DNA of 64,000 nt from an uncultured delta proteobacterium (GTDB taxonomy: Bacteria; Myxococcota; UBA727; VGSZ01), in contig CAVZJB010000016.1 in NCBI GenBank assembly GCA_963775425.1, positions 1,120,001-1,184,000 on the forward strand, in the 5' to 3' direction. Positions within the stretch are counted from its first letter, which is position 1, and every line of letters starts with the position of its first letter. The translations under genes and the position numbers were made by a program. Of the stretch, positions 34,401 to 42,138 are shown one piece after another. The notes under the pieces are model-generated. The model was not told the DNA's origin. It was given only the letters and a program-made list of their open reading frames with translations, and did not search any database.

Positions 34401-35119
34401 ACTTCGAGCGCCTGCTGAAGCAGGCGGAGCTGCGCGGCGAGAAGCTGCGGATCCTCGGCTACGTCAACTCGCTCGGCATCATCTCGCACGAGGAGGCGCG
34501 CTTCGACGAGGCCGAGGTCGCCTACCGGCGCATGCTCGAGCTGGCCAAGCCCACCGGCGACCGCAGGAGCCTCGCCATCGCGCACGGCAACATCGGCGTG
34601 GTCCGTCGTGACCAGGGGCGCTTCGGCGACGCGCTCTCGCAGTGCGAGCGTGCCGCGCGCATCTTGAAGGACCTCAACCAGCTCGAGGGCCTCGCCTACG
34701 TCCGCATCGTCGAAGCGCAGACGCTGCTCGACCGCGCCCTCACGGCAAAGGACGGCGGCGACGACGACCGTGCGGCGTTCGACAAGGCCGAAGAGGCGTT
34801 CGACCTCGCCGAGCGGGCGTCGGCGGCCATGCGGCTCGCCGAGGCGTGCATCTGCCGTGGCCAGGCGCTGGCGCGCCTCGGCAAGATCGAGGACGGCACC
34901 GCCGACATCGAGCGCGGCCTCGAGGCCGCCCGCTCCATCGGCGCCAACCGCATCATGCTGTTCGGCATGGGCGCCGCGGCCGAGGCCGCCGCGCTCGGGG
35001 GCAACACCGCGGAGGCGAAGAAGGTGCTCGCCGCCGCGCTCCGCCGCGCGCACGACACGGGCTTCCTGCGCTTCGTGCGGCGCCTCGAGGAGCTCGGCAA
35101 CGCCCGCTCCCTCCTGTGA
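31433..35119 (+). CDS. Ser/Thr kinase - AAA/STAND ATPase - TPR fusion
   Basis: LGRGGMGIVY, HRDLKPDN and DFG; LVGR...GKKGIGKT Walker A; IDDLHHAD Walker B; C-terminal TPR helices. Confidence 0.92.
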   Translation: MPSMPQQIGKFHVLAELGRGGMGIVYKVKDGRSGQLSALKMIPPEALVRPDSALRFKREFRAMQRVEHPNVIRVFEAGTHESCPFFTMELVEGKDIRHYLDGDDPVVSSGKDPPPAGTLTDRQRARLNDPVRIKKLADAMVQVAYALAEIHSHRIVHRDLKPDNIMVSKAGVVKLMDFGIAKQLSGPSEHSSGGMVVGTFKYLSPEQALGADVDGRADLYCLGIILYELLAGRHPFYSENSVGYAYHHARKQPPDVARFNPEVHKGLKAVCERLIKKDPRERFPTADDVIVAIREAMDGFVEEMSQKLRPMPKGKELPFELAKDQLFAPSLVGRAAEQKTLLSAAEQLLAGRGAVVAVTGKKGIGKTRLVREVGGQAKARNIDFLWGACPQQGGLPYQPYVDVLDQLIQTAADNYASDELKRLLGDEGRVLARYVPAIDRLEADVRPRPAPALNPQGEKVRFLSAVTAFLGRCAAAQPRVIVIDDLHHADELSLQLTRYLTETLARSEPASEGPATRFSPLALVFTLDPADTQAEEARALLSKLSQERAFSSLALPALSPVEVQEMLASMIGGGEVAQALADYLHHETEGVPGQVEERVRAWAESGELRRKGRQWVLIKPNAKPKRPPVAAAAVAPAPGRPDPFDDAPLSSPVEVVEVRAATRADIPIPVIGESPNDKRIARLSPIARDVAERMAVAGDRVPGSLLERVALRTEDELLDALDELIKREIIAEDKGEAYFSFADVDDRDALMRALPADRRQHLHLLVARAIEEDAKRHKRKVNPEEQAHHYLEGGDTVSALEQLMQAARVSLAASATQSAAQRVGEAQELVQKELKARPLDAALIRCDVELVLLRLDVLAAVNIHTDCVSLAKRRLPKLRGAVDTRLVCECLLRLAASERILGDLDAALEHVGEVLATTERGGNHALRCRAKSLCGMIYEQRGQFDLSERYYADALELARAIGDELEEERARGAVANRHLLAGDLRAARADFERLLKQAELRGEKLRILGYVNSLGIISHEEARFDEAEVAYRRMLELAKPTGDRRSLAIAHGNIGVVRRDQGRFGDALSQCERAARILKDLNQLEGLAYVRIVEAQTLLDRALTAKDGGDDDRAAFDKAEEAFDLAERASAAMRLAEACICRGQALARLGKIEDGTADIERGLEAARSIGANRIMLFGMGAAAEAAALGGNTAEAKKVLAAALRRAHDTGFLRFVRRLEELGNARSLL

Positions 35120-35272
35120 CGTCGCGCGACCGGCCGGGACGCGCGCGCAGGGTTTGCCGCTTGCGATGGCGCGGGAGCGCGAGCGGGCGCAACCGTTGCG
35201 CGCCCGAAAACCAAAGAGCGCGAGCGCGCGCACGCTGCCGCGTGGCGCGGAGAGTGCAGACGGGCGAGGCCC

Positions 35273-36049
35273 ATGATGACCCCTGACTTCGCGCCCGAGA
35301 AGGCGCGCCTCGCCGTCGTCGTCGACGGAGATCCCGGCGTCCGGCGCCTGACCGTGCGCGCCCTGGAGAGCGCCGGCTTTCGCTGCGCCGCGTTTCGCGA
35401 CGGAGAGAGCGCGCTGTCGTGGCTGAGCAGCAGCCGCGCGCCACGCGTCATCACCGTCGACGTCGATCTCCCGGGCATGAGCGGGCTCCAGCTCGTGCGC
35501 GCGCTGCGCGCGAGGCCGCGGCTCGAGCGCGTCCCGACGGTGGTGCTCGCCGAGGAGCGCGCCCTCGGCGACGCGCTCGCCGCCGGCAACCTCGGCGCCC
35601 TCTTCGTGAAGAAGCCGTTTCGCACGCGCGACCTCGTCGACGCGGTGCTGCGCCTCGTGGCCGCGGCGCCGCCGCCGCGGATCCTCATCGTCGACGACGA
35701 CAGCGACATCCGCGAGGCGATCGACTGCGTCGTGCGCGAGCAGGGCTACGACGCCGTCTGTGCCCGCGACGGCCTCGACGCCCTCCGCGTCATCGACGAC
35801 CCCGTGGCGCCGCCCCACCTCGTGATCCTGGACGTCCTCATGCCGCGCCTCGACGGCATCGGCCTCGCCCAGGTGCTGCGCGCACGGGAAGCGACGCTCC
35901 CGGTGGTGTTGGTGTCGGCGCACGAGGACGTCGCCAAGCACGCGGAGGTCCTCGGTGTGGCCGGGCACCTGCGAAAGCCCGTCACCCTCGACGATCTCCT
36001 GGACGTCATCCGCACGGTGACGACGGCGCCGGTCACACGCGCGATTTGA
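35273..36049 (+). CDS. Response regulator with two receiver domains and no output domain
   Basis: VDVDLPGMSG...KPF and ILIVDDD...LDVLMPRLDG...KPV. Confidence 0.88.
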   Translation: MMTPDFAPEKARLAVVVDGDPGVRRLTVRALESAGFRCAAFRDGESALSWLSSSRAPRVITVDVDLPGMSGLQLVRALRARPRLERVPTVVLAEERALGDALAAGNLGALFVKKPFRTRDLVDAVLRLVAAAPPPRILIVDDDSDIREAIDCVVREQGYDAVCARDGLDALRVIDDPVAPPHLVILDVLMPRLDGIGLAQVLRAREATLPVVLVSAHEDVAKHAEVLGVAGHLRKPVTLDDLLDVIRTVTTAPVTRAI

Positions 36050-36431
36050 CCTTGGTGAGCCCCGCCTCTTCGAGCTGCCGCGCGCGCTCCCGCGTGACGT
36101 TCAGCAGGCGGCCAATCTCCTCGAGCGTGAGCCCGCCGCGCTCGGCGATATCGAGGGCGCAGGTCTCCGGCAGCTCCCACGGCTCGACGCCCGGGAAGTT
36201 CAGCTTGATGGAGCCGGTGGCCTCGTTGACGTCGAGATAGAGGTGAAAGCGGCACGACACGTACAGGCAGGGGCGCGGACCCGAGCGGCACTCGGCGCGC
36301 GTCCTGGGCCGCGCGTCATCGATGACATGCAGCAGGCCGGCCGCCGGCGACGACCCGCGCTCGCGCTTCAACCTGCGCGGCGAGAGCGTCCGGGGACGGC
36401 GCCGCGCGCGAACGAGATCAATGGTCACCAC
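36033..36431 (-). CDS. Small DNA-binding protein with Cys/His motif and sigma70 region-4 HTH
   Basis: RPRTRAEC..GPRPCLYVSCRFHLYLDV...TCALDIAERGGLTLEEIG..LNVTRERARQLE. Confidence 0.85.
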   Translation of the reverse strand: MVTIDLVRARRRPRTLSPRRLKRERGSSPAAGLLHVIDDARPRTRAECRSGPRPCLYVSCRFHLYLDVNEATGSIKLNFPGVEPWELPETCALDIAERGGLTLEEIGRLLNVTRERARQLEEAGLTKVKSRV

Positions 36432-36445
36432 GGTCCACCTCGTCG

Positions 36446-37381
36446 TCAGCGCCCGAGGCGCGCGAACAGGCCGTTTTCGGGCTCGAAGTAGCCGACCACC
36501 GTCGCGGTGGCCTCGGAGTCCGTCTGCGCGTCCTCGACCGCCTCGCGCATCCCTTCGAAGTGCAAAACCAGCACGTAGTCCGTCCCCGGCTCGAGGAACG
36601 GCGCGTCCGTCCCGACCGAAGCCAGCACCTCGCGGCCGGTATCGACGCTCACGTTGTGCAGGACCTCGGCGTGCAGCCCCTCGGAGCGCTGGACGTCCTC
36701 CTGGAACTGCGGCCGCCGGCCGTTGTTCGTGCGATCCATCGTCTCGGAGCGTGTGGTCGTCGTCCTTCGCGGCCCGACGGGCACAAAGCCTCCCTCGGCC
36801 ATCACCCTGGTCTCGGCGATGTCGAGCGCGCGCAAGCTCCCGACGGTGCGCCCGCTCTTGGGGGAGCCGCGCATGACGACGAGCTTGCCGGCGTACTCGT
36901 CGGGCTCCGTGAGCGCCGCCTTCAACGAAAACAGCGGCAGCTTCGCGCGCCGGCACAGCCGCAGGTCATGCTCGACGTCGCCGCCGCGCACGGCCATCAC
37001 GTGCCCCACGAGCTCCGCGTAGTGGGGGCTCTTCTTCATGTCCTCGAGCCACGGCGGAGCCAGCAGAGTCTCGAGGTCGGTGTAGTCGGGGCGGAGGACA
37101 CACTGTTGCATCACGGCCCAGCCCCGCTGCTTGTCCTTGGCGCGCAGCGCGCGCGCCGTGATCTCGCAGGTGTGGGCGGCGTCGTGGGCGAGGGCGACGC
37201 TGCGCGCCTCGTCGACGGTCATGGGCGGGGTGCGGGCGCGCGGCGGCTCCGGCGCGGCGTCCTCCCACACGACGGTGGGCGACTCACCGACGAGCCGTGG
37301 CGCCTCGGGCGTGGCGCAGCCGGCGGCGAGCCCCAACACGAGGGGCGCGAAGGACGCGAAGGACGAGAGAGCTGACGTCAT
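36446..37381 (-). CDS. Hypothetical lipoprotein
   Basis: ATG 37381 with GAGGA RBS; lipobox LAAGC. Confidence 0.75.
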   Translation of the reverse strand: MTSALSSFASFAPLVLGLAAGCATPEAPRLVGESPTVVWEDAAPEPPRARTPPMTVDEARSVALAHDAAHTCEITARALRAKDKQRGWAVMQQCVLRPDYTDLETLLAPPWLEDMKKSPHYAELVGHVMAVRGGDVEHDLRLCRRAKLPLFSLKAALTEPDEYAGKLVVMRGSPKSGRTVGSLRALDIAETRVMAEGGFVPVGPRRTTTTRSETMDRTNNGRRPQFQEDVQRSEGLHAEVLHNVSVDTGREVLASVGTDAPFLEPGTDYVLVLHFEGMREAVEDAQTDSEATATVVGYFEPENGLFARLGR

Positions 37382-38061
37382 GGTTTCCTCGACGAGGGGC
37401 GAGCGGAGGGGGCGGTGGCGTTCGACCGCGGCGGCGCCAGGGAGAACAGCCGCGCCTGCGCGCACGCCGCGCCGCAGACGCCGGAGAGGCACGCGGCCGA
37501 CACCGCGGGCGCCTGCTCGTCGGCCATCCGGGCGACACACTGCTGCTCGTCGCCGTTGCAGGCGTCGTGGACGCAGGCGCAGCAACCCTGGGCGCTGCCG
37601 ACGACGGCGCCGATGTCCCTCACCAACGCGGCGAGCCCCGCATAGCAGGCGGCGTGGCCGGGGTTGAAGCGGCCGGCGTCGTCGGTGAGGCGGCGGGAGC
37701 CGTCACCGCCGCAGCGACGTGTGGCGGCGGCGACGCGGGCGGTGCAGACGGCGAGGATGCCCGCGTCGGGCGCGGCTGCCTCGCCGCTGGCGAGCGCGGT
37801 GCACAGCTCGCCGGCGAGGACCTCCGCGGCGCGCTGGTTCTCCTGCGCGCGCACCCTGGACGGCGACGCCGGCTCCGTGCGGCCCTCGACGGTGCACGGG
37901 AGCTCGTCGAGGAGCGTCTTGCGGGTGCAGGCCCACGCGCTCGCCTGCGGGGCGGTGCCGTCCCTGGCGGGAGCGGGCGGCGGCACCTGCGCGCCGGCGA
38001 CGCCGGCGACCATGAGGGCCGACAGGATCGGAACCAGACGCATCATCGGGGCCAGGCGCAT
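37378..38061 (-). CDS. Secreted Cys-rich hypothetical protein
   Basis: Signal peptide ending AGA-Q; numerous Cys including CCACVHDAC; ATGA overlap with the downstream gene. Confidence 0.7.
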   Translation of the reverse strand: MRLAPMMRLVPILSALMVAGVAGAQVPPPAPARDGTAPQASAWACTRKTLLDELPCTVEGRTEPASPSRVRAQENQRAAEVLAGELCTALASGEAAAPDAGILAVCTARVAAATRRCGGDGSRRLTDDAGRFNPGHAACYAGLAALVRDIGAVVGSAQGCCACVHDACNGDEQQCVARMADEQAPAVSAACLSGVCGAACAQARLFSLAPPRSNATAPSARPSSRKP

Positions 38062-38211
38062 GGCGGGAACCTCCCGCGCCCATCGTGCAGCCACCGTGCC
38101 TCCCTGACCAGCGCCCTCGCGCTGCGCCCCCCGGCCGCTGGGGAGCGCCCGCGCTGCGACCGGAGGGAGCGGCCGCGCGTCAATTGAGCGGCGTACCGCC
38201 CAATCTGAGCA

Positions 38212-38961
38212 TTACGCGAGGCGGTCGGGGTCCGCGTGGGTGACCGCGTGCTCCAACAGCGCGGGGTCGGCGATCGCTTCCTGGATGAGCCGGGCGACGA
38301 CGCGGAGCGCGCCGCGGGTGCCGAGCGCGACGAACATGCCCGCCTCGGAGTCGTAGCCGAGCTCGAGCTCGAGCTCGGGGCGCCGCAAGCGCACCAGCGA
38401 CTCGACCACGGCCTGCCAGGTGTAGCCGGTGCCCTGCAGCCCGCGCGCCTCGAAGAGCGGCAGGCGCGGCATGCGAAAGTCGTCGAGGCAGAGGCTGTAG
38501 CGCCCCTCGCCGTGCTCGACGAGGCGGCAGGGCGCGATCTCCTTCTCCTCGACGCTCACAATCTCGCCGTCGGAGCGAAGCCCCTCGTGCGCCACCTCGT
38601 CCATCTCGCGCAGCGAGAGCGCGTGGTGCGACAGCGCGGGCAGCCGCGTGCCCCGCCCGAGGCCCGCGTCGCGCGGCGCGCGCTTGGCCGCGTGCGCCGG
38701 TGCCTCCTTCGGCGCGCGCGCGGGCTTCGCCGCCGAGGCCTTCTTCTTCGTCGAGGCCTTCTTCTTCGTCGAGGCCGTCTTCTTCGTCGAGGCCTTCTTC
38801 TTCGTCGAGGCCTTCTTCTTCGTCGAGGCCTTCTTCTTCGTCGAGGCCGGCTTCCTCGTCGAGGCCGGCTTCTTCTTCGCGGCGGGCTTCGCTGCCTTCT
38901 TCGCCGCGCGTTGCCCGGCGCGGCTCATGGCGGCGGCGCGCTTCTTCTTCTTCGCGGGCAT
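38212..38961 (-). CDS. Histone-H1-like Lys/Ala-rich region fused to an Imm51-like immunity domain
   Basis: N-terminal (ASTKKK)n repeats; C-terminal GTGYTWQAVV...P.L...YDSEAGMFVA resembles Imm51 (GNGYDW...FDPEAGMF). Confidence 0.75.
   Translation of the reverse strand: MPAKKKKRAAAMSRAGQRAAKKAAKPAAKKKPASTRKPASTKKKASTKKKASTKKKASTKKTASTKKKASTKKKASAAKPARAPKEAPAHAAKRAPRDAGLGRGTRLPALSHHALSLREMDEVAHEGLRSDGEIVSVEEKEIAPCRLVEHGEGRYSLCLDDFRMPRLPLFEARGLQGTGYTWQAVVESLVRLRRPELELELGYDSEAGMFVALGTRGALRVVARLIQEAIADPALLEHAVTHADPDRLA
38734..38877 (-). repeat. 18-nt tandem repeat x8 encoding TKKKAS-like units
   Basis: CGAGGCCTTCTTCTTCGT units on the + strand, with variants. Confidence 0.92.
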
Positions 38962-38979
38962 GCGGACTCCTGTCCCCGG

Positions 38980-39543
38980 CTACTCTGCGGCCTCGAGGGT
39001 ATCGTCGATGTCACCCTCGGCGAGGGCTTCTGCCTCGGCGGCCACGAGCCCGGTCCTGACGAGGTGGGGGTTTTCGAGCGGCGCGGTGGCGACGACGGCG
39101 CGCTCGAGCGATTCGAAGACGTCGCGGACGGCGCCTTCGCCGAGGTGCTCGAGCAGGATCTGGAGGTTGCGCTCGGCGTTCTTCCGGTAGCGCTGCACCA
39201 TGCGCAGGCCCTTGGGCATAGGCACCACGGCCGCCACGCGGTGATCACGGCGATCGCGCCGCTTCTCCACGAGGCCCATGCGCATGAGCTTCTCTACGAG
39301 CACCGACGTCGTCGACTGCGCGAAGCCCAGCATGTCCTTGAGCTCGGTGACGGACGCCTTCCCGCGCGACGCGAGGAAGGAGAGCGCGTGGTACTGCGTG
39401 AGCGTGAGCTCGCTGCGCGGGCCGCCGCGGCTCATGGGCTTGATCAGCCGCCGCTGGAGCAACGCCACGCACTGTTCCGCTCGCACGAAGAGATCACCGT
39501 TGATCTGCGGACCTTCGGGATCGACGTGGAGCGGTGTGGCCAT
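38980..39543 (-). CDS. MarR-family transcriptional regulator
   Basis: LTLTQYHAL, SVTELK, QSTTSVLVEKL..MGLVEK..DRRDHR motifs; GGAGG RBS. Confidence 0.9.
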   Translation of the reverse strand: MATPLHVDPEGPQINGDLFVRAEQCVALLQRRLIKPMSRGGPRSELTLTQYHALSFLASRGKASVTELKDMLGFAQSTTSVLVEKLMRMGLVEKRRDRRDHRVAAVVPMPKGLRMVQRYRKNAERNLQILLEHLGEGAVRDVFESLERAVVATAPLENPHLVRTGLVAAEAEALAEGDIDDTLEAAE

Positions 39544-39660
39544 CGGTCCTCCTGCGCAGGGGCCGCATCAAGACCCCCTTCGCCCATTCGTGTCAACCGC
39601 GCTCTTGCGTAGACGTGAAACTCTTGACGGAACCCGTGACGCGGGCCGACCCTGCCTGCG

Positions 39661-40731
39661 ATGTTCGTCATCCGCAGCGCCACCTCCGACGACCTGAAGG
39701 GCGTGCAGCGGCTCGCATCCGTCCTGAACACGGTCAATCTTCCGAACGATCCGGGAGCGCTGAAGGCCCTCATCGATGTTTCGGAGCGGTCCTTCAACGG
39801 AAAGATCGAGGCACCGCTCGAGCGTGAGTACCTCTTCGTGATGGAGCACAAGAAGAAGATCATCGGGACCAGCCAGATCATTGCGCAACACGGCACACGC
39901 GAGGCCCCGCACATCTACTTCGACGTCTTCGAGGAAGAGCGCTACAGCCAGACCATCGACAAGCACTTTCGCCACAAGGTGCTGCGCATCGGCTTCGACT
40001 ACGAGGGGCCGACGGAGATCGGCGGCCTCGTCCTCGACCCCGACTTCCGCGGCGCCCCGGGCAAGCTCGGCAAGCAGCTCAGCTTCGTCCGCTTCGTCTT
40101 CATGGCCATGCACCGGGACGCGTTCCGCAACCGCATCCTCGCCGAGCTCCTGCCGCCGCTCGGCAAGGAGGGGCGCAGCGCGCTGTGGGAAGCGCTCGGG
40201 CGCCGCTTCACGGGCATGGACTACAGCGAAGCGGACCGCATTTCGCGCACCAACAAGGAATTCATCCAGAACCTCTTCCCCTCGGGGCTCATCTACGCGT
40301 CGCTGTTCGACGAGGAAGCGCAGGACGTGCTCGGCAAGGTGGGCCCCGCCACCGAAGGCGTGAAGAAGATGCTCACGGCCGTCGGCTTCGAGCAGCTCGC
40401 CCGCATCGATCCCTTCGACGGCGGCCCCCACTTCGAGGCGCAGGTGGACGACGTCTGGCCGGTGACGCAGACGCAACGCGGCAAGGTCGCCGTCGTCGAC
40501 AAGAAGGAGATCGTCGACACCGCCGGCGAGAGCGCCGACGGCCTCGTGGCCTTCGAGCCCGACAAGAAGCGCGCGAGGAAGGACGGCCACCTGCGCTGCG
40601 CGCACACCGAGTTCCGCTGGCACAACGGCGGCAAGCGCATCGACATCCCCGCCGACGCCGCCAAGGCGCTCCACGTCGAGGACGGCGACCGCGTCTGGGC
40701 CCTCGCCTTCGCCACGCACACCCGCAAGTAG
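39661..40731 (+). CDS. astA: Arginine N-succinyltransferase
   Basis: MFVIRSA, NLP, YLFVME, TEIGGLVLDPDFR, LSFVRFVFM, FTGMDYSEAD and DPFDGGP motifs. Confidence 0.88.
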   Translation: MFVIRSATSDDLKGVQRLASVLNTVNLPNDPGALKALIDVSERSFNGKIEAPLEREYLFVMEHKKKIIGTSQIIAQHGTREAPHIYFDVFEEERYSQTIDKHFRHKVLRIGFDYEGPTEIGGLVLDPDFRGAPGKLGKQLSFVRFVFMAMHRDAFRNRILAELLPPLGKEGRSALWEALGRRFTGMDYSEADRISRTNKEFIQNLFPSGLIYASLFDEEAQDVLGKVGPATEGVKKMLTAVGFEQLARIDPFDGGPHFEAQVDDVWPVTQTQRGKVAVVDKKEIVDTAGESADGLVAFEPDKKRARKDGHLRCAHTEFRWHNGGKRIDIPADAAKALHVEDGDRVWALAFATHTRK

Positions 40732-40771
40732 TACGCGGGCTCCCGAACGAGCACCGGCGCTCTTCGCGGCG

Positions 40772-41236
40772 TCACCGGCGCCGCAGCGCGCGCAGCGTCG
40801 CCTGCTGCGCTTCCGTCAACCGCCCCTTGAGGCGCACGAGCAGCCCGAGGTGCGCGCGCTTCATGTCGTGCTCGAGCGACATGACCTTGTCGGCCTGCGC
40901 CAGCACCTTCGCCTCGTTCGGGTGGACGTCGTCGAGGAGGCGCGCGAGCTGGTCGCCCTGGACGTTCATGTCCCACTGGATCTTCACCGCTTGCGCCTGG
41001 AAGCGCTGGATGTCCTCGACCATGGCCGCCCGCGTCTTGTCGTCGAGGCCGATCTCCTGCTGGTGGCTCATGATGAGCTCCGGCGGAAACAGCCGATCCC
41101 CGATGGGGTCGTGCGGCTGCATCGGCGGCGGCGGCGGCTGCGGCGGCGGCGGCGGCGGCGGCGGCTGCTGGGCGCGCGCGACGCCGGCGTACGCGAGGAA
41201 GGCGGCGAACAAGAAGAGCGAGGACAAGGGCTTCAC
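40772..41236 (-). CDS. Periplasmic Spy/CpxP/heavy-metal-sensor-like protein
   Basis: Signal peptide, poly-Pro, LFPPELIM..QQEIGL and LTEAQQATL (LTxxQ) motifs. Confidence 0.82.
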   Translation of the reverse strand: MKPLSSLFLFAAFLAYAGVARAQQPPPPPPPPQPPPPPMQPHDPIGDRLFPPELIMSHQQEIGLDDKTRAAMVEDIQRFQAQAVKIQWDMNVQGDQLARLLDDVHPNEAKVLAQADKVMSLEHDMKRAHLGLLVRLKGRLTEAQQATLRALRRR

Positions 41237-41553
41237 GGCAGATCTCCGTTGACGAGGTTGGGGGTGGTCCCGAGCACGTCAAGGCCGGGGACGTCGAGGA
41301 GGGAGTCGAGCGGCGTCTCGATCGACGCCGACGACAGCGCGGGGGAAGACAGATCGAGGGGCGCGGGCGGCGGCGGGCGGCTCACGACGAACACCGCCGC
41401 CGCGGCCGCCGCCAGAGGGACGAGCACGAGGCCGAGCCGCTGCGCCGGTCCCAGGCGCGGAGGCGCCACAGCGCGCGCCCGCACCGCCGCGAAGGACGGG
41501 GCGGGCTCGTGGGCGCGCGCGAGGGCCGCGCGGATGTCGTCATCGTCGTTCAT
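41233..41553 (-). CDS. Putative anti-sigma factor (small single-TM protein)
   Basis: Directly downstream of the ECF sigma gene; one TM segment; TPLDSLL motif. Confidence 0.65.
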   Translation of the reverse strand: MNDDDDIRAALARAHEPAPSFAAVRARAVAPPRLGPAQRLGLVLVPLAAAAAAVFVVSRPPPPAPLDLSSPALSSASIETPLDSLLDVPGLDVLGTTPNLVNGDLP

Positions 41554-42112
41554 GTTTCCCTCCCAACGCGGCGCGCAGCGCGACCTTGCCCCGCTCGTAG
41601 TGCTTGCGCGCCGTGCCCGGGGCTATCCCGAGGACGCCGGCGGCCTCGTCGAGCGTGAGCCCCTGGTGCGCGACGAGCTCGAGCACCGCGCGCTGGCGTC
41701 CGGGCAGCGCGAGCAGCGCGCGGCGCACGTGAGCCCGCTCGCGCTGCGTCGCCACCGCTGCGTCGGGCGGCGCGACCGGCTCGGCAGGCGCGCCCAGGAG
41801 GAGACGGCCGCCGAGGATCCGGCGCGCGAGCTCCCGCCGGCGCGCCTCGAGCGCGGTGAGGCGGATGACGCCGAACAGCCACGTGCGAAACGCCGAGCGG
41901 CCCCCGAAGCGCGCGCGCCCCTCGAGGACCTTGACGTACGCGAGCTGCAGCACGTCCTCGGCGTCGGCGCGCACGAAGCGGCAACAGCACATCGCCCACG
42001 CGAAGCTCGCGTCGTGATGCTCCTCGAGCGCGGCGGCGAGGTCGCGCGCGCTCGCGGGCGTCGCCGTCTGTGACGAGCGCGGGGGATCGCTCGGGTCGCG
42101 CGCGACGTCCAT
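41540..42112 (-). CDS. ECF RNA polymerase sigma factor
   Basis: AEDVLQLAYVK, FRTWLFGVIR and LPGRQRAVLEL...LTLDEAAGVLGIAPGT motifs; ATG 42112. Confidence 0.92.
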   Translation of the reverse strand: MDVARDPSDPPRSSQTATPASARDLAAALEEHHDASFAWAMCCCRFVRADAEDVLQLAYVKVLEGRARFGGRSAFRTWLFGVIRLTALEARRRELARRILGGRLLLGAPAEPVAPPDAAVATQRERAHVRRALLALPGRQRAVLELVAHQGLTLDEAAGVLGIAPGTARKHYERGKVALRAALGGKHERR

Positions 42113-42138
42113 GGCGAAGGCAGGATAGGTCAGCGCGA

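Noticed and set aside
35120-35272. Riboswitch in the kinase/response-regulator gap (GGCAAACC on the minus strand, GC hairpin)
   Set aside because: Wrong orientation for the downstream gene, and the remaining consensus elements are absent.
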